Source: Pseudoclavibacter sp.
GTDB taxonomy: Bacteria > Actinomycetota > Actinomycetes > Actinomycetales > Microbacteriaceae
Direction of reading: 5' to 3'
Length of the DNA stretch: 61,874 nt
Assembly: GCA_030532485.1 (NCBI GenBank)
Contig: JAUNLB010000001.1
Location: forward strand, 1-61,874
The translations under genes and the position numbers were made by a program. Numbering within the stretch: position 1 is the first letter of the stretch; each line of letters opens with the position of its first letter. Under the pieces are notes generated by a model. The model was not told the DNA's origin, ran no database searches, and worked only from the letters and a program-made list of their open reading frames with translations. This document shows positions 28,797-38,119 of the stretch, piece by piece.

Positions 28797-29378
28797 ATGG
28801 CACTGTCACGCAAGAACAAGCGCAAGCTCAAGAAGCTCCAGAGGGACGCGAACAAGCTCTGGGCCGAACAGCAGGCGGTGGCCGGCCACGCCCGCTCGCT
28901 GCTCGCCTCGGCGGGCGACCAGGCCAAGCTGCTGCGCGACACCGAGCTCGTGCCCTCCCTCCGTCGCGGCTACGACGCCAAGCTGCGTCCGGGCCTGGAC
29001 CGGGTGCGCGGGGCCGCCGGCGATGCGCGCGTGTGCGTCAACGGCCGCCTGATGCCCGCGCTCGCCGGACTGGGCGGTTCGCTGGCCGGCGTGCTCGCGA
29101 AGCTCGCCTCGGGCAACACCGACTACAAGGACGCGGCCAAGCGCGCCCGCGGCTTCTCCCGCGAGCTGGACCGACGCGCCAAGGCGGCCGCGCGCGAGTA
29201 CGACCGCAAGTACAACAAGCGCGGCATCGGCCTCGGCGGCTGGTTCGGCATCGGCCTGGCGGTGACCGCGGTCGGTGCGATCGGCTACGCGCTGTGGCAG
29301 ACCTTCCGCGCCGACGACGATCTGTGGATCGCCGACGAGGAGCTCGACGCGCCGGTCACCACCGTCTCGCCCAACTGA
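28797..29378 (+). CDS. Conserved membrane protein divergent from ppiA (CwsA position)
   Basis: Basic helical N-terminus, single C-terminal TM followed by WQTFRADDDLW; GGAGG RBS. Confidence 0.8.
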   Translation: MALSRKNKRKLKKLQRDANKLWAEQQAVAGHARSLLASAGDQAKLLRDTELVPSLRRGYDAKLRPGLDRVRGAAGDARVCVNGRLMPALAGLGGSLAGVLAKLASGNTDYKDAAKRARGFSRELDRRAKAAAREYDRKYNKRGIGLGGWFGIGLAVTAVGAIGYALWQTFRADDDLWIADEELDAPVTTVSPN

Positions 29379-29399
29379 GAGCCCTCCCGAATCGGACGG

Positions 29400-29427
29400 G
29401 GCCCGGCCGCACATCCGCGGCCGGGCC
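29400..29427. terminator. Bidirectional hairpin between convergent genes
   Basis: GGCCCGGCCGC-ACATCC-GCGGCCGGGCC. Confidence 0.6.
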
Positions 29428-29904
29428 TCAGTTCGTTGTGCCGGAGTCCTCCGGTGTCTCGGGCGCGGCGAGTCGGCCGTCTGCGGGCCGTTCGGCCAGC
29501 AGGCGCAGCCCGGTCTCCACGAGCGAGAGCGCGTCCAAGCGTCCGAGCTCGGCCAGCGGGAACCAGGCCGCCTCGTCGGTGGTGCCGTCCTCCTCCGCGC
29601 GCAGCGCGCCGCCGAGGATGCTCGCCGCGTAGACGATCCGAACCGCCTGCAGATCCTCGCCGGGCCGGGAGATGCGCTCCCGGCCGGGGATGATGCGCGA
29701 GTCGATGCCGAGCAGCTCGTCCACCCGGGCGTGGTAGCCGGTCTCCTCCCGGATCTCCCGGACCGCCCCCTCGACGGGGTCCTCCCCCGGCTCCAGGCCG
29801 CCGCCGGGCAGCGTCCAGCCGCCCCGGCCGGGCGCCCGCCAGTGCGCGAGCAGGATGCGCCCCTCGCGCAGGATCACGCCGTACGCGGCGAGCCGGACCC
29901 GCAT
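29428..29904 (-). CDS. NUDIX hydrolase
   Basis: Nudix box GGLEPGEDPVEGAVREIREETG. Confidence 0.9.
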   Translation of the reverse strand: MRVRLAAYGVILREGRILLAHWRAPGRGGWTLPGGGLEPGEDPVEGAVREIREETGYHARVDELLGIDSRIIPGRERISRPGEDLQAVRIVYAASILGGALRAEEDGTTDEAAWFPLAELGRLDALSLVETGLRLLAERPADGRLAAPETPEDSGTTN

Positions 29905-29993
29905 GCCTGTCTCCCTCCCTGAGCGAGCACCTCCCGACTCCCGCTCGCGGGGCCGGCGGGGCCATGCTACCGGCGCCGACGTGCGAGCAGGCC

Positions 29994-30653
29994 TCAGCGG
30001 CGCAGCACCAAGCGGTTGAGGCGGTTGCCCAGGAACTGCACGAACTGGACGATGAGCACGATGAGGAACACCGAGGCGTAGATCACCAGGTAGTCGCTCT
30101 GCCGGTGCCCGTCCTGGATCGCGAAGGTGCCCAGGCCCCCGCCGCCGATCCAGCCGGCGACCGCGGACATGTCCACCAGGGCGACGAAGACGTAGGTGTA
30201 GCCCAGGATGAGCGGGGCCAGCGCCTCGGGCACGAGCACCGTCCACACGGTCCGCCAGCGGCTCGCGCCCATCGCGCGGGCCGCCTCCAGGACCCCGGGC
30301 GGCACGCTCAGCAGGTTCTGCTCGACGATGCGTCCGATGCCGAAGATCGCGGCGATCGAGATCGCCACGATGATGGGCGGGTTGCCGATGCCGGTGCCCA
30401 CCACCAGGCGCGCGAAGGGCACGACCACGACGAGCAGCAGGATGAACGGGATGGGGCGCACGAAGTTCACGAGCACGTTGAGGATCGTGAACACGGGACG
30501 GTTCGAGAACAGGTTCCCCGGCCGCGTCAGGTACAGGGCCAGGCCCAGTAGCAGCCCGCCGGTGCCGCCGACCAGCAGGCTCAGCACGACGATGTACAGC
30601 GTCTCCCAGGCCGCGAGCGCCAGCTCCGGCAGGATCTCCACCACCTCGCTCAT
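29994..30653 (-). CDS. metI: Methionine ABC transporter permease
   Basis: VNFVRPIPFILL, EAARAMGAS, SAVAGWIGGGGLG. Confidence 0.9.
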   Translation of the reverse strand: MSEVVEILPELALAAWETLYIVVLSLLVGGTGGLLLGLALYLTRPGNLFSNRPVFTILNVLVNFVRPIPFILLLVVVVPFARLVVGTGIGNPPIIVAISIAAIFGIGRIVEQNLLSVPPGVLEAARAMGASRWRTVWTVLVPEALAPLILGYTYVFVALVDMSAVAGWIGGGGLGTFAIQDGHRQSDYLVIYASVFLIVLIVQFVQFLGNRLNRLVLRR

Positions 30654-31768
30654 GCGTCGCGCTCCTCTCCGTGCTGCGTCTCCGGGGCCCGCTCGGGCCC
30701 GGTCGGGGCCTGCGCCGCCTGCGCCGCGATCTCGGCGTGGGTGAGGGGGATCGTGACGTTCGCCACCTCGCCCACCGAGCGCAGTGCCGCGTCCGTCCGA
30801 TCCTCTGGACCGGTCACCGCGAAGGTCAGGTGGCCGAAGGAGCGGCCGCGGATCTCGTTGAGCCCGCCGAAGACGAGCTGCACGTCCGTTCCCGCCTCGT
30901 GGAACCTGCGCAGGATCTCGCCCTGCTCGCCGTGCTCCGGCCGGACCGAGACGGTCGCGATCCGGGCGCCGGGATGCCTGCGGCGCAGCTCCTCCACCTC
31001 GAAGGGGTTGGGCACGCCCTGCACCACGGTGGAGACGAAGCGCCGGGTGGCCGGGTGCTTCGGCTCGCTGAACACGTCGAAGACCTCGCCCCGCTCGATG
31101 ATGCGGCCCTGTTCCATGACCGCCACGTGTGAGCAGATCGTCTTGACCACGTCCATCTCGTGGGTGATCACCACGATCGTGACCCCGAGCTCCTCGTTCG
31201 CCCGGCGCAGCAGCGCCAGCACGTCCGAGGTGGTCTGGGGGTCCAGGGCGCTGGTCGCCTCGTCCGCCAGCAGGATGTCGGGGTTCGTCGCGAGCGCCCG
31301 GGCGATGCCCACGCGCTGCTTCTGGCCGCCGGAGAGCTGGTCGGGGTAGTTGCGCGCCCGCTCGTCCAGCCCCACGAACTCGAGCAGTTCGGCGACGCGC
31401 TTCTTGCGTTCGGCGGCCGGGCGCCCGGCGATGCGCAGCGGGTACTCGACGTTGCCGGCGACGGTGCGGGAGGAGAAGAGGTTGAACTGCTGGAAGATCA
31501 TGCCGATGCCGGAGCGCAGCGAGCACAGGGCCGCCTCGTCCATGCCGGTGATCTCCTCGCCGTCGATGCGGATGGAGCCGCTCGTGACCGGCTCCAGCGC
31601 GTTCAGCAGCCGCACGAGCGTGGATTTGCCCGCGCCCGAGTAGCCGATGATGCCCCAGACCTGGCCGCGCTCGACCTCCAGACTGACCGAGTCCACGGCG
31701 CGCAGCGGGACCGCGCCGCCGGATCCCGGATACTCCTTGACCACATCGCGAAGCGTGATGAACGCCAT
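30650..31768 (-). CDS. metN: Methionine ABC transporter ATP-binding protein
   Basis: GYSGAGKS, LSGGQKQR, DEATSALDP, ITHEM, C-terminal NIL domain. Confidence 0.92.
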   Translation of the reverse strand: MAFITLRDVVKEYPGSGGAVPLRAVDSVSLEVERGQVWGIIGYSGAGKSTLVRLLNALEPVTSGSIRIDGEEITGMDEAALCSLRSGIGMIFQQFNLFSSRTVAGNVEYPLRIAGRPAAERKKRVAELLEFVGLDERARNYPDQLSGGQKQRVGIARALATNPDILLADEATSALDPQTTSDVLALLRRANEELGVTIVVITHEMDVVKTICSHVAVMEQGRIIERGEVFDVFSEPKHPATRRFVSTVVQGVPNPFEVEELRRRHPGARIATVSVRPEHGEQGEILRRFHEAGTDVQLVFGGLNEIRGRSFGHLTFAVTGPEDRTDAALRSVGEVANVTIPLTHAEIAAQAAQAPTGPERAPETQHGEERDA

Positions 31769-31801
31769 CTCTGCTCGCCTCCCGCGCCCGCGGCGCTCCG
31801 G

Positions 31802-32686
31802 CTACTCGCCGGAGACGGAGCGGTAGTCCGCCTCGACTGTCGCCAGGGTCTCCTGCAGCTCGGCGGGGGGCACGATCGTGAACTCGGCGGTGCCGCCGGA
31901 CTTCTCCTGCACCGCGTCCAGGACCTCCTGGGTGTTCTGGTAGATCTCCACGAGCTGCTGATAGCGCGGGTCGTCCTTCTTGTCCGCCGTGGTGGCGAAG
32001 ACGTTCACGTAGGGGCGGGCGGAGGCGTCGGCCGGCTCGTCCTGGGCGATCGCGTCGGAGGCCTGGAAGCCGGCCTGCTCGATGAAGTCGTTGTTGATGA
32101 TCGCGCCGGCCAGATCGGGCAGCGACTGGCCCATCTTGTCGGCGTCGATCGTGACCACCTCCACCCGGGAGGCGGCCGGGTCGATGTCGTCCGTGGTGGA
32201 GAAGGCGTCGCCGCCGCCGCGCAGCGTGATCAGGCCGGCCGACTGGAGCACGAGCAGGCCGCGGGCCTGGTTGGTGGTGTCGTTGGGCACGCCGATCTTG
32301 GCGCCCTGGGGGATGCCCTCGACCGAGCCGTACTCCTTGGAGTAGAGGCCCAAGGGGTAGATCGCGGTCGAGCCGATGGGCTGCAGATCGGTGCCCGAGT
32401 CGACGTTGTACTTGGCCAGGTACACGAGGTGCTGGAACTGGTTGATGTCCACATCGCCGGCCGTGACCGCGGGGTTGGGCTGGGTGTACTCGCCGAAGTC
32501 GACGATCTCCACCGGGATGCCCGCGTCCCGGGCCGCGCGCTCGTAGATCTCCCAGGCCGGGTCGGAGGCGCCCACGACGCCGATCTTGACGGTGTCCTCG
32601 CCGGCCTCGGCGGAACAGGCGGACAGGCCGCCGATCATGAGGATCGCGCTGGTCGTCGCGGCGAACAGCTTGGCGAAACGTGACAT
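31802..32686 (-). CDS. metQ: MetQ/NlpA lipoprotein
   Basis: Lipobox LSAC; INQFQH, PNDTTNQARGL, PYVNVF. Confidence 0.92.
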   Translation of the reverse strand: MSRFAKLFAATTSAILMIGGLSACSAEAGEDTVKIGVVGASDPAWEIYERAARDAGIPVEIVDFGEYTQPNPAVTAGDVDINQFQHLVYLAKYNVDSGTDLQPIGSTAIYPLGLYSKEYGSVEGIPQGAKIGVPNDTTNQARGLLVLQSAGLITLRGGGDAFSTTDDIDPAASRVEVVTIDADKMGQSLPDLAGAIINNDFIEQAGFQASDAIAQDEPADASARPYVNVFATTADKKDDPRYQQLVEIYQNTQEVLDAVQEKSGGTAEFTIVPPAELQETLATVEADYRSVSGE

Positions 32687-32825
32687 GGCAGGCCTCCGGT
32701 GGATGGACGTGACGGGCCGCGGCGCTCGGGGGCCGGGCACGATGTCACTGTAGGAAATCCCCCTCGACGCCCGCTGCGCCCGCATTCACGCGACGTAACA
32801 CGAACCCCGTGCCGCCCTCGACGGC

Positions 32826-33692
32826 TCAGGGCAGCAGGCCCAGCCGCCGGGCCTCGGCGACCGCGCCGTGCCGCGAGCGCTGGTCGAGCTTCCGCATGGC
32901 CGCCGCGAGGTAGCTCTTGACGGTCGCCTCGCTCAGGCCGAGCTCCCGGGCCGCCTCGGCGTTGCGCAGCCCGAGGGCGACGTGGCCCAGTACGTCCAGC
33001 TCCCGCGGCGAGAGGTGCACCTCGACGGGCGGCCCCTCGTCCGGGCCCTGCCCCGGCCCGGCGCCGCTCAGGTTCGCCAGCCGCTGCTCCAGGCGGCGCA
33101 ACCGCTCCAGCAGCTCGGGATCCTCCACCCGGGCGGCGATGGCGCGCAGCTCGGCGTAGCCGGCCCGCAGCTCCTCCAGGTGCCCGGCCGGGATGCCCGG
33201 ATCGGCCTCGCCCGCCCGCAGCCCCAGGCGCATGCGCTCGGCCTCGTCGCGGGCGGTCAGGGCCCGCTGGAGCCGCACGGCGGCGTCCACCGCCGGACGC
33301 ACCGCGACGCCGCCGAGCGCGCAGTCCTCGCGTCGGGCGCCGTAGAGCACGCCCCGCACCACCCCGTCCACGATCACCGGGACCGCCAGCAGGGTGCGCA
33401 CGCCCTCGCCGAGCACCTGCCGGTCGTAGTCGTGGGTGATGACGCGGGAGGAGCGGTAGTCGTTCGCGATCCGCGGACGCTGCTCGATCATGGAGCGTCC
33501 GCCCAGGCCCCGGCGCAGCTCCACGTGGAGCCCGGCCAGCAGGGGCGTGCGGTGCCCCCGCAGGGAGGAGATCCGCAGCCCCGTGGAGCCGCTCAGGCCG
33601 CCGAAGACCAGCGCGAAGGCCCCGGATCGGCCGAGCTCGTCCACCGCGTCGTCGAGCAGTTCGTGCTCGCTTCGTGTCGTGCGTCTTCGCAT
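32826..33692 (-). CDS. GAF + LuxR HTH regulator, RamA-like
   Basis: GAF GLGGR...ITHDYD...LAVPV; LSPRELDVL...ATVKSYL...MRKL. Similar length and architecture to Corynebacterium RamA. Confidence 0.85.
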   Translation of the reverse strand: MRRRTTRSEHELLDDAVDELGRSGAFALVFGGLSGSTGLRISSLRGHRTPLLAGLHVELRRGLGGRSMIEQRPRIANDYRSSRVITHDYDRQVLGEGVRTLLAVPVIVDGVVRGVLYGARREDCALGGVAVRPAVDAAVRLQRALTARDEAERMRLGLRAGEADPGIPAGHLEELRAGYAELRAIAARVEDPELLERLRRLEQRLANLSGAGPGQGPDEGPPVEVHLSPRELDVLGHVALGLRNAEAARELGLSEATVKSYLAAAMRKLDQRSRHGAVAEARRLGLLP

Positions 33693-33696
33693 GAGC

Positions 33697-33754
33697 GGAT
33701 ACCAACTTTCGGGGGTATCCCACCGCCCGGCGGGTTCTTAGGGTTGGACCCTAA
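33697..33754. promoter_or_regulatory. Two inverted repeats in the divergent regulator/ligase promoter
   Basis: GGATACC-N10-GGTATCC containing GGGGGTA (33697-33720) and TTAGGGT-TGG-ACCCTAA (33738-33754). Confidence 0.55.
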
Positions 33755-33825
33755 CACGCGGACCGGGGCGCAGAATCCGGCCGCTGTCCCGAGCACGCGA
33801 CGATGCGGAAAGCAGAGGACCGCTG

Positions 33826-35841
33826 ATGACCACCGAATCGACCGATCCGCCGACGGCGCAGCTGCGGCACGACTCCTACGAGCCGATCTGGCGGCGCAGC
33901 CTGGAGGACCCGGAGGGCTTCTGGCTGGAGACCGCCGAGCTCGTCGACTGGGACGTGAAGCCCGAGCGGGCGCTGGAGACGCGCGGCGAGCACGAGTGGC
34001 GCTGGTTCCCCGGCGGCCGGCTCAACACCTGCTACAACGCGGTCGACCGGCACGTGGCGGCCGGACACGGGGACCGCACCGCGGTCATCTACGACTCGGC
34101 CATGACCGGCACGCAGAAGCGGCTCAGCTACGCCGAGCTGCAGGAGCGCGTCGCCCGCTTCGCCGGCGTGCTGCGCCAGGCGGGCGTCGAGACGGGCGAC
34201 CGGGTGGTGATCTACCTGCCCATGATCCCGGAGGCGATCGTCGCGATGCTCGCCTGCGCCCGCATCGGCGCCATCCACTCGGTCGTCTTCGGCGGCTTCG
34301 CCTCCAGCGAGCTGGCCGTGCGCCTGAACGACGCCGAGCCCGGGGTCGTGGTCACCGCCTCCGGCGGCCTGGAGCCGAACCGGGTGGTCGAGTACCTGCC
34401 GATCGTGGAGCGGGCGCTGGCCAAGTCCAGCGGCAGCGTGCACACGGTGATCGTCACCGACCGGCCCAAGGTGCCGGGATCCGCCGCCGACTACCCGAGC
34501 GAGGCGTACCGGGACGCCGGGGTCCGCTACCTCGACTGGACCGAGGCGGAGGCGGCGGCCGAGCCGGTCGACCCGGTGCCCGTCCCCTCCGAGCACCCGT
34601 CCTACATCCTCTACACCTCGGGCACGACCGGGAACCCGAAGGGCATCGTGCGGGACACCGGCGGGCACGCCGTGGCCCTGGCCCGCTCCATGAGCAAGAT
34701 CTACGGCGTCGAGGCGGGGGACGTGTTCTGGTCGGCCTCCGACGTCGGCTGGGTCGTGGGGCACAGCTACATCGTGTACGCCCCGCTGCTGGCGGGCGCG
34801 ACGACCGTCATCTACGAAGGCAAGCCGGTCGGCACCCCCGACGCCGGCGCCTTCTTCCGCATCGTCGAGCAGTACGGCGTGAAGGTGCTGTTCACGGCCC
34901 CGACCGCGATCCGCGCGATCCGCCGCGAGGACCCGGAGCTGGCCGGCGCCGCCCGGCACGACATCAGCTGTCTGCAGGCCCTGTTCCTGGCCGGCGAGCG
35001 GCTGGACCCGGAGACCTACCACTGGGCGAACGACGGCCTGCACTGCCCGGTCATCGACCACTGGTGGCAGACCGAGACCGGCTGGGCGATCTGTGCGAAC
35101 CCGCGCGGCATCGAGCTGCTGGAGGCCAAGCCCGGCTCCACCTGCGTGCCCTGCCCCGGCGTGGACCTGCGCATCCTGAACGGGAAGGGCAAGGACGTCA
35201 CCCGGCCGGGCAAGGAGGGCAACATCGCCCTGCGCCTGCCGCTGCCGCCGGGCTACCTGCTGACCGTGTGGGGGGATCCCGAGCGCTTCGTCTCCTCCTA
35301 TCTGCGGACCTTCCCCGGCTACTACGCGACCGGCGACTCCGGCTACGTGGACGAGGACGGCTACGTCTTCGTCATGGGCCGGACCGACGACGTCATCAAC
35401 ATCGCCGGGCACCGCATCTCCGCGGGCTCCCTGGAGGAGGCCCTGACGATGCACCACGCCGTCGCCGAGGCCGCGGTGGTGGGCGTGCGGGACGAGCTGA
35501 AGGGGCACCGGGCCTTCGGCCTGGTCACCCTCAAGCACGGCGAGAGCGCCGAGCACGACGTGCTGGAACGGGAGCTGCGGGAGCTGGTGCGCGAGCACAT
35601 CGGCCCGGTGGCCGCCTTCCGCGACGTGGCGATCGTGCCGCGCCTGCCGAAGACGCGCTCCGGCAAGGTCCTGCGCAAGACCCTCCGGCAGATCCTGGAC
35701 GGCGACGAGTACAAGGTCCCGGCCACGATCGAGGACGCGAGCGTGCTCGAGGAGATCCTCGCGATCGCCCCGGCCGCGCCGACCGGCCCGCCCACCGGCA
35801 TGTTCACGGGCCCCGTGGACACCGTCCGGCCGGACGCCTAG
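33826..35841 (+). CDS. prpE: Propionate/acetate-CoA ligase (PrpE-like)
   Basis: YTSGTTGNPKG, SDVGWVVGHSY, DHWWQTETG, LPKTRSGK. Confidence 0.85.
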   Translation: MTTESTDPPTAQLRHDSYEPIWRRSLEDPEGFWLETAELVDWDVKPERALETRGEHEWRWFPGGRLNTCYNAVDRHVAAGHGDRTAVIYDSAMTGTQKRLSYAELQERVARFAGVLRQAGVETGDRVVIYLPMIPEAIVAMLACARIGAIHSVVFGGFASSELAVRLNDAEPGVVVTASGGLEPNRVVEYLPIVERALAKSSGSVHTVIVTDRPKVPGSAADYPSEAYRDAGVRYLDWTEAEAAAEPVDPVPVPSEHPSYILYTSGTTGNPKGIVRDTGGHAVALARSMSKIYGVEAGDVFWSASDVGWVVGHSYIVYAPLLAGATTVIYEGKPVGTPDAGAFFRIVEQYGVKVLFTAPTAIRAIRREDPELAGAARHDISCLQALFLAGERLDPETYHWANDGLHCPVIDHWWQTETGWAICANPRGIELLEAKPGSTCVPCPGVDLRILNGKGKDVTRPGKEGNIALRLPLPPGYLLTVWGDPERFVSSYLRTFPGYYATGDSGYVDEDGYVFVMGRTDDVINIAGHRISAGSLEEALTMHHAVAEAAVVGVRDELKGHRAFGLVTLKHGESAEHDVLERELRELVREHIGPVAAFRDVAIVPRLPKTRSGKVLRKTLRQILDGDEYKVPATIEDASVLEEILAIAPAAPTGPPTGMFTGPVDTVRPDA

Positions 35842-35959
35842 ACGTGCGGCCGCACCGGCGCCCCGGGCCCGGCGCGGCCGCCGCCCGCTCGACCCCGAGC
35901 GGATCGGACCATCCGAATCATCCCACCCAGTCCACGAGACCATGCGGCGAGGAGGCCCC

Positions 35960-36316
35960 ATGCAGGAAGCGAACCACCCGGAGCACGCGGTGCCCGTCGA
36001 CTATCTCGCGTTCCGCGGGAAACCCGAATTCCAGAGGCTGCGCAGACGACAGCGCTCCTTCGTCTTCCCCATGGCCGTCTTCTTCCTGCTCTGGTACTGC
36101 GGCTACGTGCTGCTCGCCGCCTTCGCGCCCGGGCTGATGGCCGTGCCCGTGCTGGGCAACATCAACCTCGGCATCGTGCTGGGCCTGCTCCAGTTCGTGA
36201 CGACCTTCGTGATCACCATGTGGTACGTGCGCTTCGCGGACCGCCGCCTCGACCCCGAGGCGCGCTCCATGCGCCACGAGCTGGCCGCGATCGAGGGCGG
36301 GGAGGAGGAGCGATGA
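35960..36316 (+). CDS. DUF485 (YjcH-like) membrane protein
   Basis: Two TM segments; overlaps the actP start. Confidence 0.85.
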   Translation: MQEANHPEHAVPVDYLAFRGKPEFQRLRRRQRSFVFPMAVFFLLWYCGYVLLAAFAPGLMAVPVLGNINLGIVLGLLQFVTTFVITMWYVRFADRRLDPEARSMRHELAAIEGGEEER

Positions 36317-37941
36317 ACCCGGTCGAGCACGCCCGACGCGCCCTGGCCCAGAGCGCCGAGACGGTCGAGAACAATCCGGTCCTCAACATCTCGATCTTCC
36401 TCGCCTTCGTCGCGGTGACGATGTTCATCGTGTTCCGGGCCAGCCGGAACAACAAGACGGCCGCCGACTACTACGCGGGCGGACGCTCCTTCTCCGGCAC
36501 CCAGAACGGCTTCGCGATCTCCGGCGACTACCTCTCGGCCGCCTCCTTCCTGGGCATCGTGGGGGCCATCGCGATCAACGGCTACGACGGCTTCCTCTAC
36601 TCGATCGGCTTCCTGGTCGCCTGGCTGGTGGCGCTGCTGCTGGTGGCCGAGCTGATGCGCAACACCGGCAAGTTCACCATGGCCGACGTGCTGTCCTTCC
36701 GGCTGCAGCAGCGGCCGGTGCGGATGGCCGCGGCGACGACGACGCTCGCGGTGTGCTTCTTCTACCTGCTCGCCCAGATGGCCGGCGCCGGCGGCCTGGT
36801 CTCGCTGCTGCTGGGCATCGACGACCGGGTCGGCCAGAGCGTCGTGGTGGCCGTGGTCGGCGTGCTCATGATCGTGTACGTGCTGGTGGGCGGTATGAAG
36901 GGCACCACCTGGGTGCAGATCATCAAGGCGTGGCTGCTCATCGGCGCGGCGTTCGCCATGACGATCTGGGTGCTCGGCCTCAACGGCTTCGACCTGTCCC
37001 AGCTCATGCAGCAGGCGGTCGAGAACAGCGAGAAGGGCGCCGCCGTGCTCGGACCCGGCCTGCAGTACGGCGGCCGGGAGCTGGACTTCATCTCCCTGGG
37101 CCTCGCGCTCGTGCTCGGCACGGCGGGCCTGCCCCACGTGCTCATGCGCTTCTACACGGTCCCGACCGCCAAGGAGGCGCGCAAGTCGGTGGTGTGGGCG
37201 ATCTGGCTCATCGGCGCCTTCTACCTGTTCACGCTCGTGCTCGGCTACGGCGCCGCGGCCCTCGTGGGCCCGGAGACGATCGAGAACGCCCCCGGCGGGG
37301 TCAACTCGGCCGCGCCGCTGCTCGCGCTGAAGCTCGGCGGCCCGGCGCTGCTCGGCTTCGTCTCGGCGATCGCCTTCGCGACGATCCTCGCGGTGGTCGC
37401 GGGCCTCGCGCTGACCGCGGCCGCCTCCTTCGCGCACGACATCTACGCGAACGTGCTCATGAAGGGCCGGACCGACCCGCAGACCGAGGTGAAGGTCGGC
37501 AAGATCACGGTCGTCGTGCTCGGACTCATCGCGATCGTCGGCGGCATCGGCGTGCAGGGGCAGAACATCGCCTTCCTGGTCGCCCTCGCCTTCGCGGTGG
37601 CCGCCTCGGCGAACCTGCCGACCATCCTGTACTCGCTGTACTGGCGCGGCTTCACCACCCGCGGCGCCGTGTGGAGCATGTACGGGGGCCTGGCCGCCGC
37701 GCTCGTGCTCATCTTCTTCTCGCCGGTCGTCTCCGGCAACGAGAAGGCGCTGTTCGGCGCGGGCGTGGACTTCGCCTGGTTCCCCCTGCAGAACCCTGGG
37801 ATCGTCTCCATCCCGCTGGGGTTCCTGCTGGGCTGGCTCGGCTCGATCACCTCGACCCGCAAGGAGGACGAGGCGCTCGCCGCCGAGATGGAGGTCCGCT
37901 CGCTCACCGGCCACGGTGCGGAGGCGCCGGTGGAGCACTGA
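36313..37941 (+). CDS. actP: Cation/acetate symporter (SSS family, ActP/MctC)
   Basis: QNGFAISGDYLSAASFLG, GLPHVLMRFYTVP, ASANLP. Confidence 0.92.
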   Translation: MNPVEHARRALAQSAETVENNPVLNISIFLAFVAVTMFIVFRASRNNKTAADYYAGGRSFSGTQNGFAISGDYLSAASFLGIVGAIAINGYDGFLYSIGFLVAWLVALLLVAELMRNTGKFTMADVLSFRLQQRPVRMAAATTTLAVCFFYLLAQMAGAGGLVSLLLGIDDRVGQSVVVAVVGVLMIVYVLVGGMKGTTWVQIIKAWLLIGAAFAMTIWVLGLNGFDLSQLMQQAVENSEKGAAVLGPGLQYGGRELDFISLGLALVLGTAGLPHVLMRFYTVPTAKEARKSVVWAIWLIGAFYLFTLVLGYGAAALVGPETIENAPGGVNSAAPLLALKLGGPALLGFVSAIAFATILAVVAGLALTAAASFAHDIYANVLMKGRTDPQTEVKVGKITVVVLGLIAIVGGIGVQGQNIAFLVALAFAVAASANLPTILYSLYWRGFTTRGAVWSMYGGLAAALVLIFFSPVVSGNEKALFGAGVDFAWFPLQNPGIVSIPLGFLLGWLGSITSTRKEDEALAAEMEVRSLTGHGAEAPVEH

Positions 37942-37950
37942 GCCTCGGAG

Positions 37951-37998
37951 CGCGGACCGGGTCGGGACGGCGCGGGGGCCGCCCCGGCCCGGTCCGCG
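37951..37998 (+). terminator. Long GC hairpin after actP
   Basis: CGCGGACCGGG...CCCGGTCCGCG. Confidence 0.5.
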
Positions 37999-38119
37999 AC
38001 GCGCCGGCGTCGCCACTCCGCCCGGTCCTGCGGGCAGGATGAACCCTGCGGGACGAGATCGCCCCGCGGGGATGATCGAGGCGGACGGGTCCGGATCAGC
38101 CGGAGCGGAAGGGGCGACG

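Noticed and set aside
32687-32825. SAM riboswitch upstream of metQ
   Set aside because: The leader is short (TACAGT -10 about 60 bp from the ATG) and has no recognisable SAM-I/IV core.
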